Below, in pieces: positions 40,879 through 53,879 of a stretch of DNA of 64,000 bases. The notes under the pieces were generated by a model. The model worked only from the letters and a program-made list of their open reading frames with translations. It had not been told where the DNA came from and did no database searches. The DNA comes from Rotaria socialis. Lineage: Eukaryota. The translations under genes and the position numbers were made by a program. The first letter of the stretch is position 1. Each line of letters begins with the position of its first letter. The stretch lies in contig CAJNYD010000039.1 in NCBI GenBank assembly GCA_905331295.1, positions 1 through 64,000 on the forward strand. The letters run 5' to 3'.

Positions 40879-43800
40879 CTACGAATAATAAGTAAGAACA
40901 TTTTTCTGATTACCACGTAAAAATAAAACTGGTGGTAAGTTATAACTAATGGCATCTAAATAAGCAAGATATAAGCCAGCCGATATCAATTGCTTACGTG
41001 GAATTGGTAATGTACTAAAAGACGAAAACAAAAACAGTAAAATTTTATTCTTAATTCATCGATAGAAATAACATACAGAACAATAAGTGTAGATTTTGAA
41101 CTATATTCTAATAAATATTCATGTAATTTTAAGCCACGTCTCATCTTTTCTTTATTTGCTTCGTATTCACTATCAGTTATACGATATTTATCTTCATTTT
41201 GATTCCATGTTTGTAAAATTTGATTGAATCTTTCTGATTCATGTTCATTTGGTGTCTTATTAAGACCATGAAGAACATGTAAATCTGTATAATTTATTCG
41301 AAATTTTTTTAACAATGACGCCATCGCTAAATGCTGTTTTTCAGCATCAACATTTTCACCGGATACACATGAAAATATACGAAATTGAGAATGACGCCAT
41401 CGTTTTCGTCTTCGTAACAGATACGGTAACAATAATGTCAAACCACCATCATCAAATAACCACCAAACATCAATTATCGTTGATAACGAATGTTTAGAAT
41501 GAAAAACGTTCATTGTTATTAAAGCACCTTTATTTAATATTGTATTTTTTAACATTCCAACATTTGATTGACGTGGTTGTGAACACTTCGAATTACGACG
41601 CAATGGACTTGAAGAAACAAATTCTTCAGGTTTTTCTTCATCAACACTATCTTCATTGTCATCATCATCATCTTGATCTCCTGGTAAATCTATTTTTGGC
41701 ACAAAAATGCCTTCTCTTTTGTATGTGTATCAAAATAAAACAAATCGTTTGATTTACCTTGTCCGAAAAAGTCAGTAAAATCAAGTCCACTTTGAAGACG
41801 TAAAATTCCAACGCCATAATTAAGATCAAGTGCATCATGTAGTATATTAAAATAATCGACCGTTGATTGTGGTTTTGTTAGCCAGTCATTTTTAAAACCA
41901 AGAAATACTACATTTGGACGCATTTTACCAACGCCCACGCACTAGATAAAAAGAAAAATAAGCACATAAAATCATTAAATTGAGTTGCTTCCGTGCGTGG
42001 TGACAATATATCCATTGGAAAAAAATCTTGCTCAGTAATCGAAAAGTTTGGAATCATTTCATTTTTTTGACATCTGAGTTGATCTTTGAACAGACTTTGT
42101 CGTTCATTTATTTATGTTCAGGATTAGTTCTGACGCTGGTCTTAAAAGTTTTGCATTTGTGTTTTTTCTACCTCAAACACGTTTTTTTTTGTCCTATTCT
42201 GACACAAGTGAATCTCATTACATCTTCCAGATATTCTATACTAGCTGATAGCAATCGTATTCACGTTTCGGTAGATTAGATTTTAATATTTAATAAGAGC
42301 AGATTGACATTTAAAGATGAATAACGTTCAAGTTTTCCTAGGTAACTTCTATCTCATATAATTCAAATCTCAGGACGATACGCAAGAATTGATCTTCATG
42401 AGTATTCATCATTGCTTACTTGTAACAATGCAATTGTACCATGCCGAATAGTTGGTGCAATAATAGTTTGATAAAACGCTTTTGCATTTCGTTTCTTTAA
42501 CCATGCTTCACCATTTTCTTTTTGGTCAGATATTTTTATATTTACTAATGGGTCATCCTGAATGAAAAAATTGCAAATGTAAAGAACGAGTCTTCTATTT
42601 ATTTACCAAAATAACATGACCGCAAATCATTAGACTATATCCATGAGAGACCAATGATCCGAGATCAACTAGTGCTGGCCGAGCCACCGGGTTTCCAGTT
42701 AAAACTAACATTTGCGGTCGAAAATTTTTTACGTGTTCTTGTACACCTTCTAATTTTAATGTTGCATCAAGTGCTCGTCGATATGTATGAGCTTCGACCG
42801 ACGAACCCCAATTGACTTCTAATTAATTGAAACTCTTTAATAAAATCATTAATTGCCAAAATCGATTGTTACCTGGTTTTGTTGTTCGAACATACAGAAA
42901 GATGCCACCACTAATAACTAGTGTTATTAAAGCTGTGTACCTAAACAAAGTGATGATAGAAATTAGTGAATTTTTGTTTTTGTTCTTTTAATATGTATTA
43001 CCAGTTGATAATAAACATGATTCCTACGCACAATAATGCACCGACCAATGCTAACCATTTATTATAATATCGAAAAGCAGGTCTCCAACCACTTGCCTTA
43101 GCTAATGAAGCGTCAAAACATGAATAGTTAACTAGAGCATATGTCATAAGAAAAAAATTTGAAATAATTGGTGCAACATGATTTAGTTGTCCTTAAAGAA
43201 CAAAAATGAAATATTTTCTAGAAAAATTCCTACAAAACTTTCTTATACCTATTGCGGTAAATAAGACAGCAATGAAATATGTTAGGAAATAGGCTCGATG
43301 TGGCTCATCGGATTTTCCGCTACCAGCTGAAAAATATTTCAAACTAGGAAATATCATATCACGACAAACAGCTTGAAATATTTTAGGTGCACCAACAAGA
43401 CTTGCTAAAAAAAATAGTAAATCTTATTTAGAAGAAGAAAAATAACAAAGACAAACTGACCTAAAGCACTTGATAATGTTGCAGCAAAAATGCCCGCTAA
43501 TATCATCCACAAAAAAGACAATAAGTTTCAGAATATGAATGTTTTAAACTCACCCGTAATAATCGGACCAAATGCAGATATCATTCGCATGGTTTGATAA
43601 TTATAAATTAAACCTGATTTACAATCTAAATCGTCTGTATTTGATGAACAATTAATTATCTGTATCACACTTCCATTACTTCGTTCATAATAATCCACTT
43701 AAATTCCAGAAAAAAAGCAAAAAGTGATTTATTTAATTCCATAGAAAAATCCTACGCGTTACATCTCGGCGTGTTGTACATCCCGATATAATACAAAAAA

Positions 43801-45545
43801 TAAAATAAACAGATGAAGTAAGAACAATTGCAGCATTAGTACCCAGTGGAATGGCTTTTGATGGATTCTTGAATAAGATAAAAATCAAGTTTAATTGAAA
43901 TAACTATCTCGAATTACTTTTAAATTTCCGGAAATATTTGCGCCAGCAAGAATTCCTGTGACTGAAGGAAAAAAAACACCAAAAACATGTTGGAATGATT
44001 CACCATTTGCAAATCTTGGTCCGAAATTTTCTTTGATGACTTTCCCTAAATTGAAATAATTTAATTCGATTAAAATTTTTCTAGAAAACAAAAACCCACA
44101 TGAATATCCTTCAAAACCATGACGTCGTTTATATTCTGTCACTGGTAAAAGAGAACCAATAAAAAAGTTCAATAACGATGCTGACAATGCTATAAGTAAT
44201 ATTATTTGTACAACTGTTTCACCACGCATACCAATCAATGCAATACCCAATATTATTGTTATTGTAATAACACCTAAACATATGCAAGTTAAATCTACGA
44301 AAACAATAGGAACAAAAAAGAATACCAATTATTCGAACAATATTAACAGATTCTCCATCAGCAACAGTTCCTAATATTTTCACATTATTTTCCTAGAAAA
44401 CTTAAATTTAATAAAAAAATATTTATTCGCCTCATTTCCATTACTTTAAGAAGATCACGAATTGTTTCAGCAAAACCAATAGTATACATTGCAGCTGCTA
44501 CTGCATCTATGCGAGAAGAAAAAGCGATTTCTTTTTGGTTAATATTTATTCAAAGTGAATTCTTACTAGCAAATGAAAAAACTAAACCAATAGCACCACC
44601 AAATTCTGGACCAAGACTACGCGATATTAAATAATATGTTCCACCACCTTTAACTTCACCATTCGTGCAAATAGCACTCATTGATAGACCAGTTAGAACA
44701 GTTACTGCCGTTGAAGTAAGAACAATTATTGCCGCTAAACCAAGACCCGCTTGACCAGTCACCCAAGATAAACGAAGAAAAAGCATAACACCAAATATGT
44801 TTAAAACACACCGAATCTAGATAAAGAAAGATTTGACTAAAACTTTTCAATTCTTTTTTTCTTAACGCACAAAAACACCAATGATCCATCCGAATTTAAC
44901 AACGTCAATCTTCGGTCTGACGTCTAATTGTGATAGTTGATCTATTTGTGGTGTTAACGTGCTTAACAATTCAGAATTTAAATCAATTGTTGATCCTAAT
45001 CTAAATCTTCCTGATGCACTAGCTGTTTCATGTAATGCTTCAAGTGTCGGTCGACTTTTTGGTTCAGGTGACGTTATGGAAAATAAATTTCTATAATGAT
45101 CAACATGTGGCAAAGCATCAATTGTATCATATGAACATATTTCTTTATTTTCATCTTCAGTTGATGTACAATTAGTATTGATGTCTGTTGTTCGCGGCAG
45201 AACAGATGACGTACTACCACTTTCATTCGCGTCATCTCCAACGAAAATTTTTATATTGGTAGTATTTGAAATTGAAGTTCTTCCAACTGTTTGTGATAAA
45301 CCTAATTTATTACAAAAACAAATGTAGTTGCTTAATCTCCTTTTTTTTTTGTTTTATATAATGAACATACTATTGGGTATACTAATTGCTTTGCCCAATG
45401 AATTTTCCGTATTTGTATTATTATTAGACACTTTAGCTATTTGAAAACGAGCACTACTCACGGATCGACCCATGCCAGAATTTGTGTCATTAATCGTAGC
45501 ATCGCTCGGAATCTCATTTTCCGAATTATTTATATTAAACATCAT
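40879..45545 (-). CDS. SLC12A2: Na-K-2Cl cotransporter (SLC12A1/2/3 clade), multi-exon
   Basis: [93 protein letters not shown], and terminal [12 protein letters not shown]. Confidence 0.93.
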
Positions 45546-45867
45546 CGATATTTTGTATTAATCTAAAATATAATAGAATTAATCATGCTACTACTGCGTA
45601 TCATTAGTCTGAGCAAGACGACATGAAAACAAACAGACTGACATTCATTTGTAAGTGAATTAGGAATCTTATTTTATACTTACATTGCTAAGAAAAAGAA
45701 GAACACGATCTTCTCTCTTCGCATGTCATTATATGACGTACTGTTTTGGCAAATGACAAATTAATATGCACTACAGGTTTAGCGGAAGATCAACAGGCAG
45801 TTACTATTACCAATGTGACTTGTCTTAGAAAAGAAAACATTTCTCATTCTTTTGTTGATAAATTGAT

Positions 45868-45902
<35 letters not shown>

Positions 45903-48314
45903 ATGATATAAAACACAAGTTTTTAATTGATTCCATATTACGTATATATTCAGCTTAGCCAACTATTCGAACACACAAATGCTATTTTTCATCTTCTATG
46001 ATAATCGATTTGTTTTCACTTTGTCTCAAAAAAACAAAAATCTAATCAGTTACCAATGAGCAACCTCTTTGTGTCAAAAAAAGTAAACAATAACAGCCTG
46101 CCAATAGAGACAGCTGGCCTTCGTGATAAATTTCGTCATCAAATAAATTGATGACTAAGCTAAATGAAGCCAAGCGTAGAACAAGAAAACAGCCAGATAT
46201 GATTAGTGTAACATTTTCCAAAGGATTAATGTCCTATGGTGAGAATGAAAACGGATCTGTACGTATAATATGAATATAAAAGAAGGTAATATTCTTACAA
46301 ACTAGTAATGAGAAAGAATTCATCAAGAGAAATGACTTGTTGGTATGGTTGATTCTATACGTGACTGGCATTTCTCGTCTGCTTCTCTCTAGAAAGAAAA
46401 GGAAATGATAGAGAATAAAATAATTATTTATTTACTCGCTTGAATGAAGAATTCACTCGACAACTGTAAAAGAAAAGCAAGAAAAACACAGAAATAAGAA
46501 TACCTGCCTCGGAAACTATTAACACCAAATTACATATTTCATACTACTTACAAACTCATTCATATTCTGGCCATATAAGAGAAATGTTCAAAGGAACAAC
46601 AAGAAAAAATAACATTGTTTTAGCAACAATTCTCGTATCTTTGACGTAAAGAATTGAATACATGATCTATAGGGTCTTTCTTTTTCTCCTGTACTCTGCA
46701 ATAACACATTCGATTTTTTCAGGATATGTAATCACTAAGTTTTAGAGGCAAACAGAGACACATACTGTAAAAGAAAGAAAAGAATTATAATGGAATGCAA
46801 CAACTCGGAGAACGGAAGAAGGAAAAAAAGCGAGCATGTTGCATGCATGTATAATTTGCCATGTCTCTTTATTTTTCTCCCATTGTCAAGCGTAATATAG
46901 AGAAAACCTCATAGTCAAACGAACTCGATCCGCTTGTTCAAGTATCTAAAGGAGAATAAACAGAAACGACTTTTAAGTGTAACAACTTGACTGATAAAAT
47001 CGATACATTAATTGAGCCAAACTTTTTTATTCTAACACGCAATTATTTTCGACTAGGTAAGACGAAAAAGATTAATAGTTTTTAAGCACTCGCCGTTGAA
47101 TGCATTTATTACGGACAAAATTTATTTTTGATGCCTGTTGCAATATAACATCAAGTTAACAATAGGAATATAATAAAAGGCAAAAATGACTTTCTTAGTC
47201 TAGTTCTTTACTCTGCAAGCTCTTTCTCTTATCATTCATTTATTGTCATCTAGTACCGGAATAAATAAGTCCTTGATTATGTATACATACTGTTGCACAG
47301 TTCTGGCAAAATTATTCGCATATGATTATGTTATAGTATCTCTGATGTATATGACTCGAAAATAATTATTCTAATTAGTTATTTTCTTCGGTTTAAAAGG
47401 ATACTGATCTTGCTTAGTATGATGTTCGATTGGTTTTCTCTTGAGATCGAAGAAGAAGAAGAAGAAGAAAAGAAATGCAAAGCCGCAGCAATAATTAATA
47501 TCTTAAAGAATCTCCTTCACGCCGAAGCATACACCCACATAAATAAACAATATATAAATATTATTTTTCTTTTTTCTAAGAAAAACACGTTTAGCCGGTT
47601 TATCTAAGAGCCGTAGTGATAACTATCCTTGACACGCATAGTCAGAGCGTACTATCTCGACGGCAGCTTGCACTGCTGTGCTCACGCATATGAGTCAAGA
47701 TTTGCTCTTGTTTCCATGATAAGCAAGTATTATACTCCGTTTCAATTTTGTTTCTATTAGAATGACGATAAATCAATACATTCACATAATTTATTCATAG
47801 CAATATTTAACAATGTTTATCGATAAATAATAATAATAATAAGCTTTTTTTTTAAATTTTATAGTATCTGCCAATAAATAATTTAAGAAAATATCTCAAG
47901 AAATAGAATTCGTGATTAAGAATGATTAAAGATGATAATCTTAGAGTAACAAAGAATACATTGAAAGCCAAGTTTACTTATTCCAATACGATGGTAAACT
48001 TTTTCATCATGGCAATGTTTTTATATTAGAAAAATTTATTTACTCTTTAAGAATCAACCAACTTATTTAATGAGTATTGTTTTGTCGGCTGCATACTTTC
48101 ATGATAACTTTTCTATGATCGAATCAAGTACCATTATATATATATATATATATATATTGCTTTTTGTTGATTAAAATAGTNATTATTTAGATGTAAATGT
48201 AATATTTAAAAAGCTCGATAGTAAAATAAATTATTCACATTAAAAAAGAATATAAACTAGCTGCACTTTTCCAACTGTATGTAGAGAAAAAAGACTTACA
48301 TACACATAGCAGAA

Positions 48315-48476
48315 CGAGACCAGACGGGACGGGACGGGACGGGACGAGGCGGCTGAAAAGCGGGACGGGACGGGACGATGTAAGAAAAATAAAACGGGAC
48401 GGGACGGAACGGGACAAGGCAACTGCGGGACGTGGGACGGGACGGGACAACTTTTTGGTTGTCCCGCGGAGCTCTG
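48315..48476. repeat. (GGGAC)n-rich repeat, probably a TE end
   Basis: Several cgggacgggacgggac runs ending gtcccgcggagctct; a GC-rich island in AT-rich DNA. Confidence 0.7.
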
Positions 48477-48716
48477 CTAGGAACTGATTTAAATCGATTT
48501 AATTTCTGGCCGATTATTTAGATTTTTCTGATTAGAATGGATTTTAATAGATTATTCTAGGAACTGATTTAAATCGATTTAATTTCTGGCCGATTATCTA
48601 GATTTTTCTGATTAAAATGGATTTTAATGGATTATTCTAGGAACTGATTTAAATTGATTTAATTTCTAGACGATTATCTAGATTTTTCTGATTAAAATGG
48701 ATTTTAATCGATTATT
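48477..48716. repeat. Minisatellite: three 80-bp tandem units
   Basis: Unit ctaggaactgatttaaatcgatttaatttctggccgattat...attttaat(a/g/c)gattatt starting at 48477, 48557 and 48637; degenerate copies continue to ~48838. Confidence 0.9.
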
Positions 48717-51700
48717 GCACATGAAAATCGGTTTTAGTTGATTATTTATGGGAAAGTAATCTAATATTAGTTGTTTTAATCGATTTTCCGAACAAAATCA
48801 AATTTAATCAGATTTTTCGCGATTTATTTTTACATGGGATGGTTTTATCTATTGAAAAGAGAAAGAAAACAAAATTGCAGTTTTATTTTTGAAAATAAAA
48901 GAACTTAATGTATAGCTTTATAAATTTTCAACTATGAAACTTATAACAAAGCTTTTATAAATAACACACATTTTAAGCAATCTATGAGCCATTAATATTT
49001 ATGTTAATATCTTTACAGTGAAGATGAATGTACTTATATGGTGTCGAGTCCCAAGTACTAAATGATGAGATAAAAGATAAATTCTTTTTTCTTCCTACAT
49101 AAAATGGTAGACATTGCTGACAAATAATACTATGCTGGGTACTATAGGATAATAATTAGCAAGTAGACTATTTGTCTGTGGCAATACTTTGATTGAAGTT
49201 GAGATATTGAAGTCACTAAAACTTCCTAATTCTTAAGAATGAGGAAAGACTTATGCAATTTTATATAGCGACACCTAGTGACATTGTGAATCAACCACAG
49301 AATTCGAATCCTTTGCAGCTTGTGACGAAAAGTTAGTTTACATTAATTTCCTGGAAAGAAATTATTGAACGAGTTAAGTGAAGAACATGTCACAAACCAT
49401 TTGTAATAAAAATCTTTCTGAAACTTCTGCAACTTTGCCGTCTTCATGAGATTAATTATCTTTTTTTATTTGATTCTGTTTCTTTCTCGTGATGAAATTA
49501 TGAAACTGCTAAACATTTTTATTTATCCCTATCAAGCGATCCTCATAGCCTCTTGATCTATAATATAAAAAAAAAACTAGTAGAACTTCTTTAAATTATA
49601 AGATATGTCATCGTTTTTCATGAAGTCCTACAAAGTCTTTCAATCTATTATGTTTTCCTTAATTGATACATGATCCCACGTTTTCCACGTGCATTTGATG
49701 AATAGTAGTAGCAGGATAATCATGAAGAAAAACCTACTATGACAAACATCATTGAACAAATGGATTCCGAATGCGATACTAGCTGAAAATCCGAAGAGAA
49801 TCAAACGGTCAGCTGTTCCAGAAAATTCACATTATATCGCCTTGCCAATGCATTTATGTTTCTAAACTAAAAAAAAATCATATACAAAAGAACCTTTGTT
49901 ATGCGAATGTCTATTTTTCGTTCAAAGGCTAGAAACAACAACTTACGTTCTATCATTTCAACACAGAACAAGAAAATTGATGCTACGTGCATATTACGTC
50001 ATGATAAGCAATCGCGAGATATATATGAGAAGAATATGAATTTAAAGAACGTATTTCGAAGAAATGTAGATGCCGGAAACCTTCCGGTTTTTTTTAATTA
50101 TGGTTTAGAAGATTAAAATAAATAGTAAAAAACGTTTTCTATCCTGTTCGACTGTGCGTCCAAATGAATCAAGCCAGTATATATTTTTTTCTCGGTTTTA
50201 AAAATTGACTTTTTTTCCTTGAAAAATAGATGATTATTCGAACCAAAAGCTATTGAAAAAAATAAAGAAGATCAATCTATACAACCCCGGAAAATTTCCT
50301 TAAGATCGCAATAAAAACCGCTCGATGCAGTTTTAAGAATTTGAACTTATATTCAGGAGAAAAATATTCGACCTAGAAATTGATTCGAACTCAAAATGCT
50401 CGTTGTCCATAGAATATTTTCTTTTATATTCATGACTTTCTTGCTCAAGAAGCTGATGCAAATGAACAACCCGGTTCCACTAGAGTGCTCACTTGGAAAA
50501 AAATCAACCTGAGCTCTCAATATTTATATATTATTAAATTAGACATTCGTCTGTATTATATTAATATGTAATTCATGCCATATTTCATCGATACCTTTCA
50601 TGTCAAGATTTATTTCTTCAGTATATGACAATCGCAATCAAAAGAGAAAGAAAACAATAAATGATACATTGTCAATATCGTACGAAAACAACTTTCTTTA
50701 TATCAATAGAATCATTTTTTCTTTTTCTACTTTAGATTTTCACTTCAAAAGTCAACAGAAAACAACAATAATTGAGTACTTATCGATATATCTGTTCGCT
50801 TTCTATTTGATGTCTCTTTTTCTTTCCCGCCAATACATTTCGTTGAATGACGACGTCTTCCAACCGCACAATATACACGTCGATTTGATTAATAGCCTCT
50901 CTCTTGAGGTTACCTTTGTATTTAATCTTTCTTCCTCAGGTTTTTTTTTCTATTCATTTTAATAGGCTTTGCACACTTTTTGTTCTCTTGAAACAAGCAA
51001 ATTTTTTTATGAAAAATACAGATGATTAAATCTGATTCGTCTTTTTTCGTTTCTTTCTCAATCTTCTTTTAATCGTTTTCGTTAAAAAGTTAAGAAAGAT
51101 ACTGCTGTTCAATAAGACAGATAGAAATAAATGATCGATGAGCATGCTGCTACTGAACATAAGTGAGAGAATGATAATGACTTACGTTGTCATCCCAAGT
51201 CTCGATAAATATTTACACGCGTGTGTCTGTATGTATGCGTCTATCGGAATTTTTTTGTTTCTTGACTGATTCAAAATAAGAATTATAGAATTGTATGTTT
51301 GCCTCATTAAAAGATCATTTTTCATTTTGTTCATTTCTGACTGTCGACCGGCAACCAGATGCACAGAAGCATGCATATGCACACCTTGTTCAATCTTACA
51401 CTCAATTGACTCGACGCAAGATATTTAAAAGAAGAACATGTTCATATATAGATTGTTAATTTGATTCCACACTTAACATATTCTTTTGTATTTCTTGTTT
51501 AAAAATGAAAGTTAAAAGCCGAAAAATATTGTCAGATGTTTTTTGTTTTTTACTTTAAAGATATTGATGATTATAAGTTTAAAACGAAGAGAAAAAGGAG
51601 AGAAAAGAATCTTTCGGTTCGATCAGTTATTCTAGAGATCAAAAAATTGCCTGGTGGCTATTTTGATTTCTCCGTGATCGATTGACAGTCGGCATTTCGT

Positions 51701-52178
51701 ACGATTTTCTTCTTAGTTGAGTAGATGTGTGTCTCTCTATATAATTGTGTTACGTCAGTATTGCGCCGCTTGCAATTGTCAGAAAAGAGAGAAAGTGAGT
51801 CAAGTATGTGTCTACTCGCAGAGAAGATGTGATCTTTCTCTTCTTCAGGTGTTATTATTTGTTCGCTAAAAAGTTGACTTCACAACACTATATGGCTCAT
51901 TGAACAAAGGCGGGACCCCTATGCCGCCACTTTTAAGAAGAACAGTACTATTCAACAAGCAAATATTACAAGATTCTTTTACTGTGTTTATGTGCCGCTC
52001 GATCACTCTTGTAAAGAGAGCATTGTTTCGCAGATTTACATTTACAAGACTAGACGTAGAATGATCGATTCCTTACTATTTTTTTTTTTTTGGTATTGAA
52101 AAAGAAAATCAAAGAAAGACATACTCTATTTTATTTCTTCGTTCTATATGATTGAATAATGAAAAGCTCGCTGTTGAC

Positions 52179-52220
52179 AAGAGAGAGAGAGAGAGAGAGA
52201 GAGAGCGCGAGAGCGAGAGT
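52179..52220. repeat. (GA)n microsatellite upstream of the Hox gene
   Basis: gagagagagagagagagagagagagcgcgagagcgagag. Confidence 0.8.
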
Positions 52221-53879
52221 AGAAGGTAATCGCACGCAACAATAATTAAGATTTCAAATAACTCCAATGAGTGATATAATAATTGTTTGAATCATAACAA
52301 AAAAAGAAACTCCCCTATATTATTCGTACATAAGAGAATTCTATGTGTTGCTAAGAAAACCTATCATAGATGCTGGTTACTGAAATCTTGATGGAGGATA
52401 AGATGTAACACTGGCATATCTTTTATCTAGTCCCTGATATCTGTGTGTGTCTCTCAAAAACTTTTAGCTTGATTGGAAGTGACATCATCCGGATATCCGA
52501 ATGAATGTAATGGAACGTCAAAAGAAATAAGAAATGTTGAATAAACAAATAACTACAGAGAAGAAAAACAAAACAAGAAGGAAATCATGCATAGTAAGAC
52601 AAAGAAAGATTTTTATCTGATTTATCTCTAACAAGCCTGGTATCATTCATCTTCTTTTGACAAATGAATAATGTGTACCACCTTGTTCTTTCTCGGAATA
52701 TCTGTCTGTGTGCGCCTATCGAAATCTTTCATCACTTCCGTCTTGTCATCATTGTATTAACCGATATAACGTCAAGAGCAAAGAATTTTTTTCTTTTTAT
52801 ATATTTTTTTCAATATCCTTCTCAAATTGTGTGAAGATAGAAAGATCAAAAAACAACAATTATTCAATAAACTCAATAAAAATTAACAAGTGTTGTAATT
52901 AATTTGCATTACAATACAAATGAACAACTCTTTGCAAGAATGCACATTGAAAATAATACTTCGATCAATCGTAGGCGTTTACTTTTGCTCGTTTTTCCCT
53001 CACTGCATACGCACAACATGATATCGAGAGAGAAAAAAAAAGGCAATAATAACTTCTGTCAACGATAATAAATGCATTTTGATCATGCGTAGCGTTTGGT
53101 TGGACCAAACGAAATAAGGTAATTATATCTGTCTTTCGAACAGGTAATATAGAACAAAAAATATGCTTTTGAATGCCATAAATCAAACATGGCAAGTTAG
53201 AAACACCCTCCTCGTCAATCAACATTGCCTATAGACCATGAAAACACAATGAAAATAAAATAAAATAAAAAGAAACCCACCAATTCTTTAGCTCTTTTTG
53301 TTTCGTGTACAATTTTCAATAAAAGAAAAAGGGCAAAAAGACATTCATAATATTTCTTTTTGCTCAAAAAAATACCAAGAGCTCTATTTTATCGTTAATT
53401 TTTACTTTTTCTTGTATTGAAATGTTACATGTCTTTCAAAACTATGACAAGTTAAAGGACAAGAGAGAATAAGAAAATTCGACATTCATCGAATAATCTT
53501 TCGAAAGAAAAAAGAGAATATCACCTTTTTTTGTTGTTCTCTCTCTATTGATTGGTTGTTATTGGGGTTCTTTTTTTATCGAATAAGAATTAATTGCGCA
53601 CATAAACGATACAGAGCGAAAGAGAAAGAGAGAGCACGAAGAAAAAAATAAATTACTCGTCCATAATATAGAATATATATTCTTTTTCATTGCAAGAGGG
53701 AAAAAATCGTCTCTTCTCTTACTCATAATTAATTGCCCACATTACATTCCATTAACCATATTTCGATATATTCATTTAAATTACAATTATTTCAAACAGT
53801 ACGAAAAACTTATTTGTCGAAATTATTCATCATTACCATTAGTACGTAAATAGATTCTGGGTTCACCTTGGAAAAAATA

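Noticed and set aside
47628..47700. Possible structured RNA (cttgac...gtcaag stem)
   Set aside because: Short stems compatible with chance; not a tRNA cloverleaf.
48235..48450. ORFs rich in SRPVP
   Set aside because: Translations of the GGGAC repeat.
48477..48716. CRISPR-like array
   Set aside because: Head-to-tail tandem units with no unique spacers, no cas genes and a eukaryotic context.
49660..50120. Coding-like remnant and 71-aa ORF
   Set aside because: Multiple stops and no recognisable motif; cannot be assigned.
52365..52430. miR-8/200-like seed TAACACTG in a weak hairpin
   Set aside because: The rest of the mature sequence does not match and the pairing is too poor.
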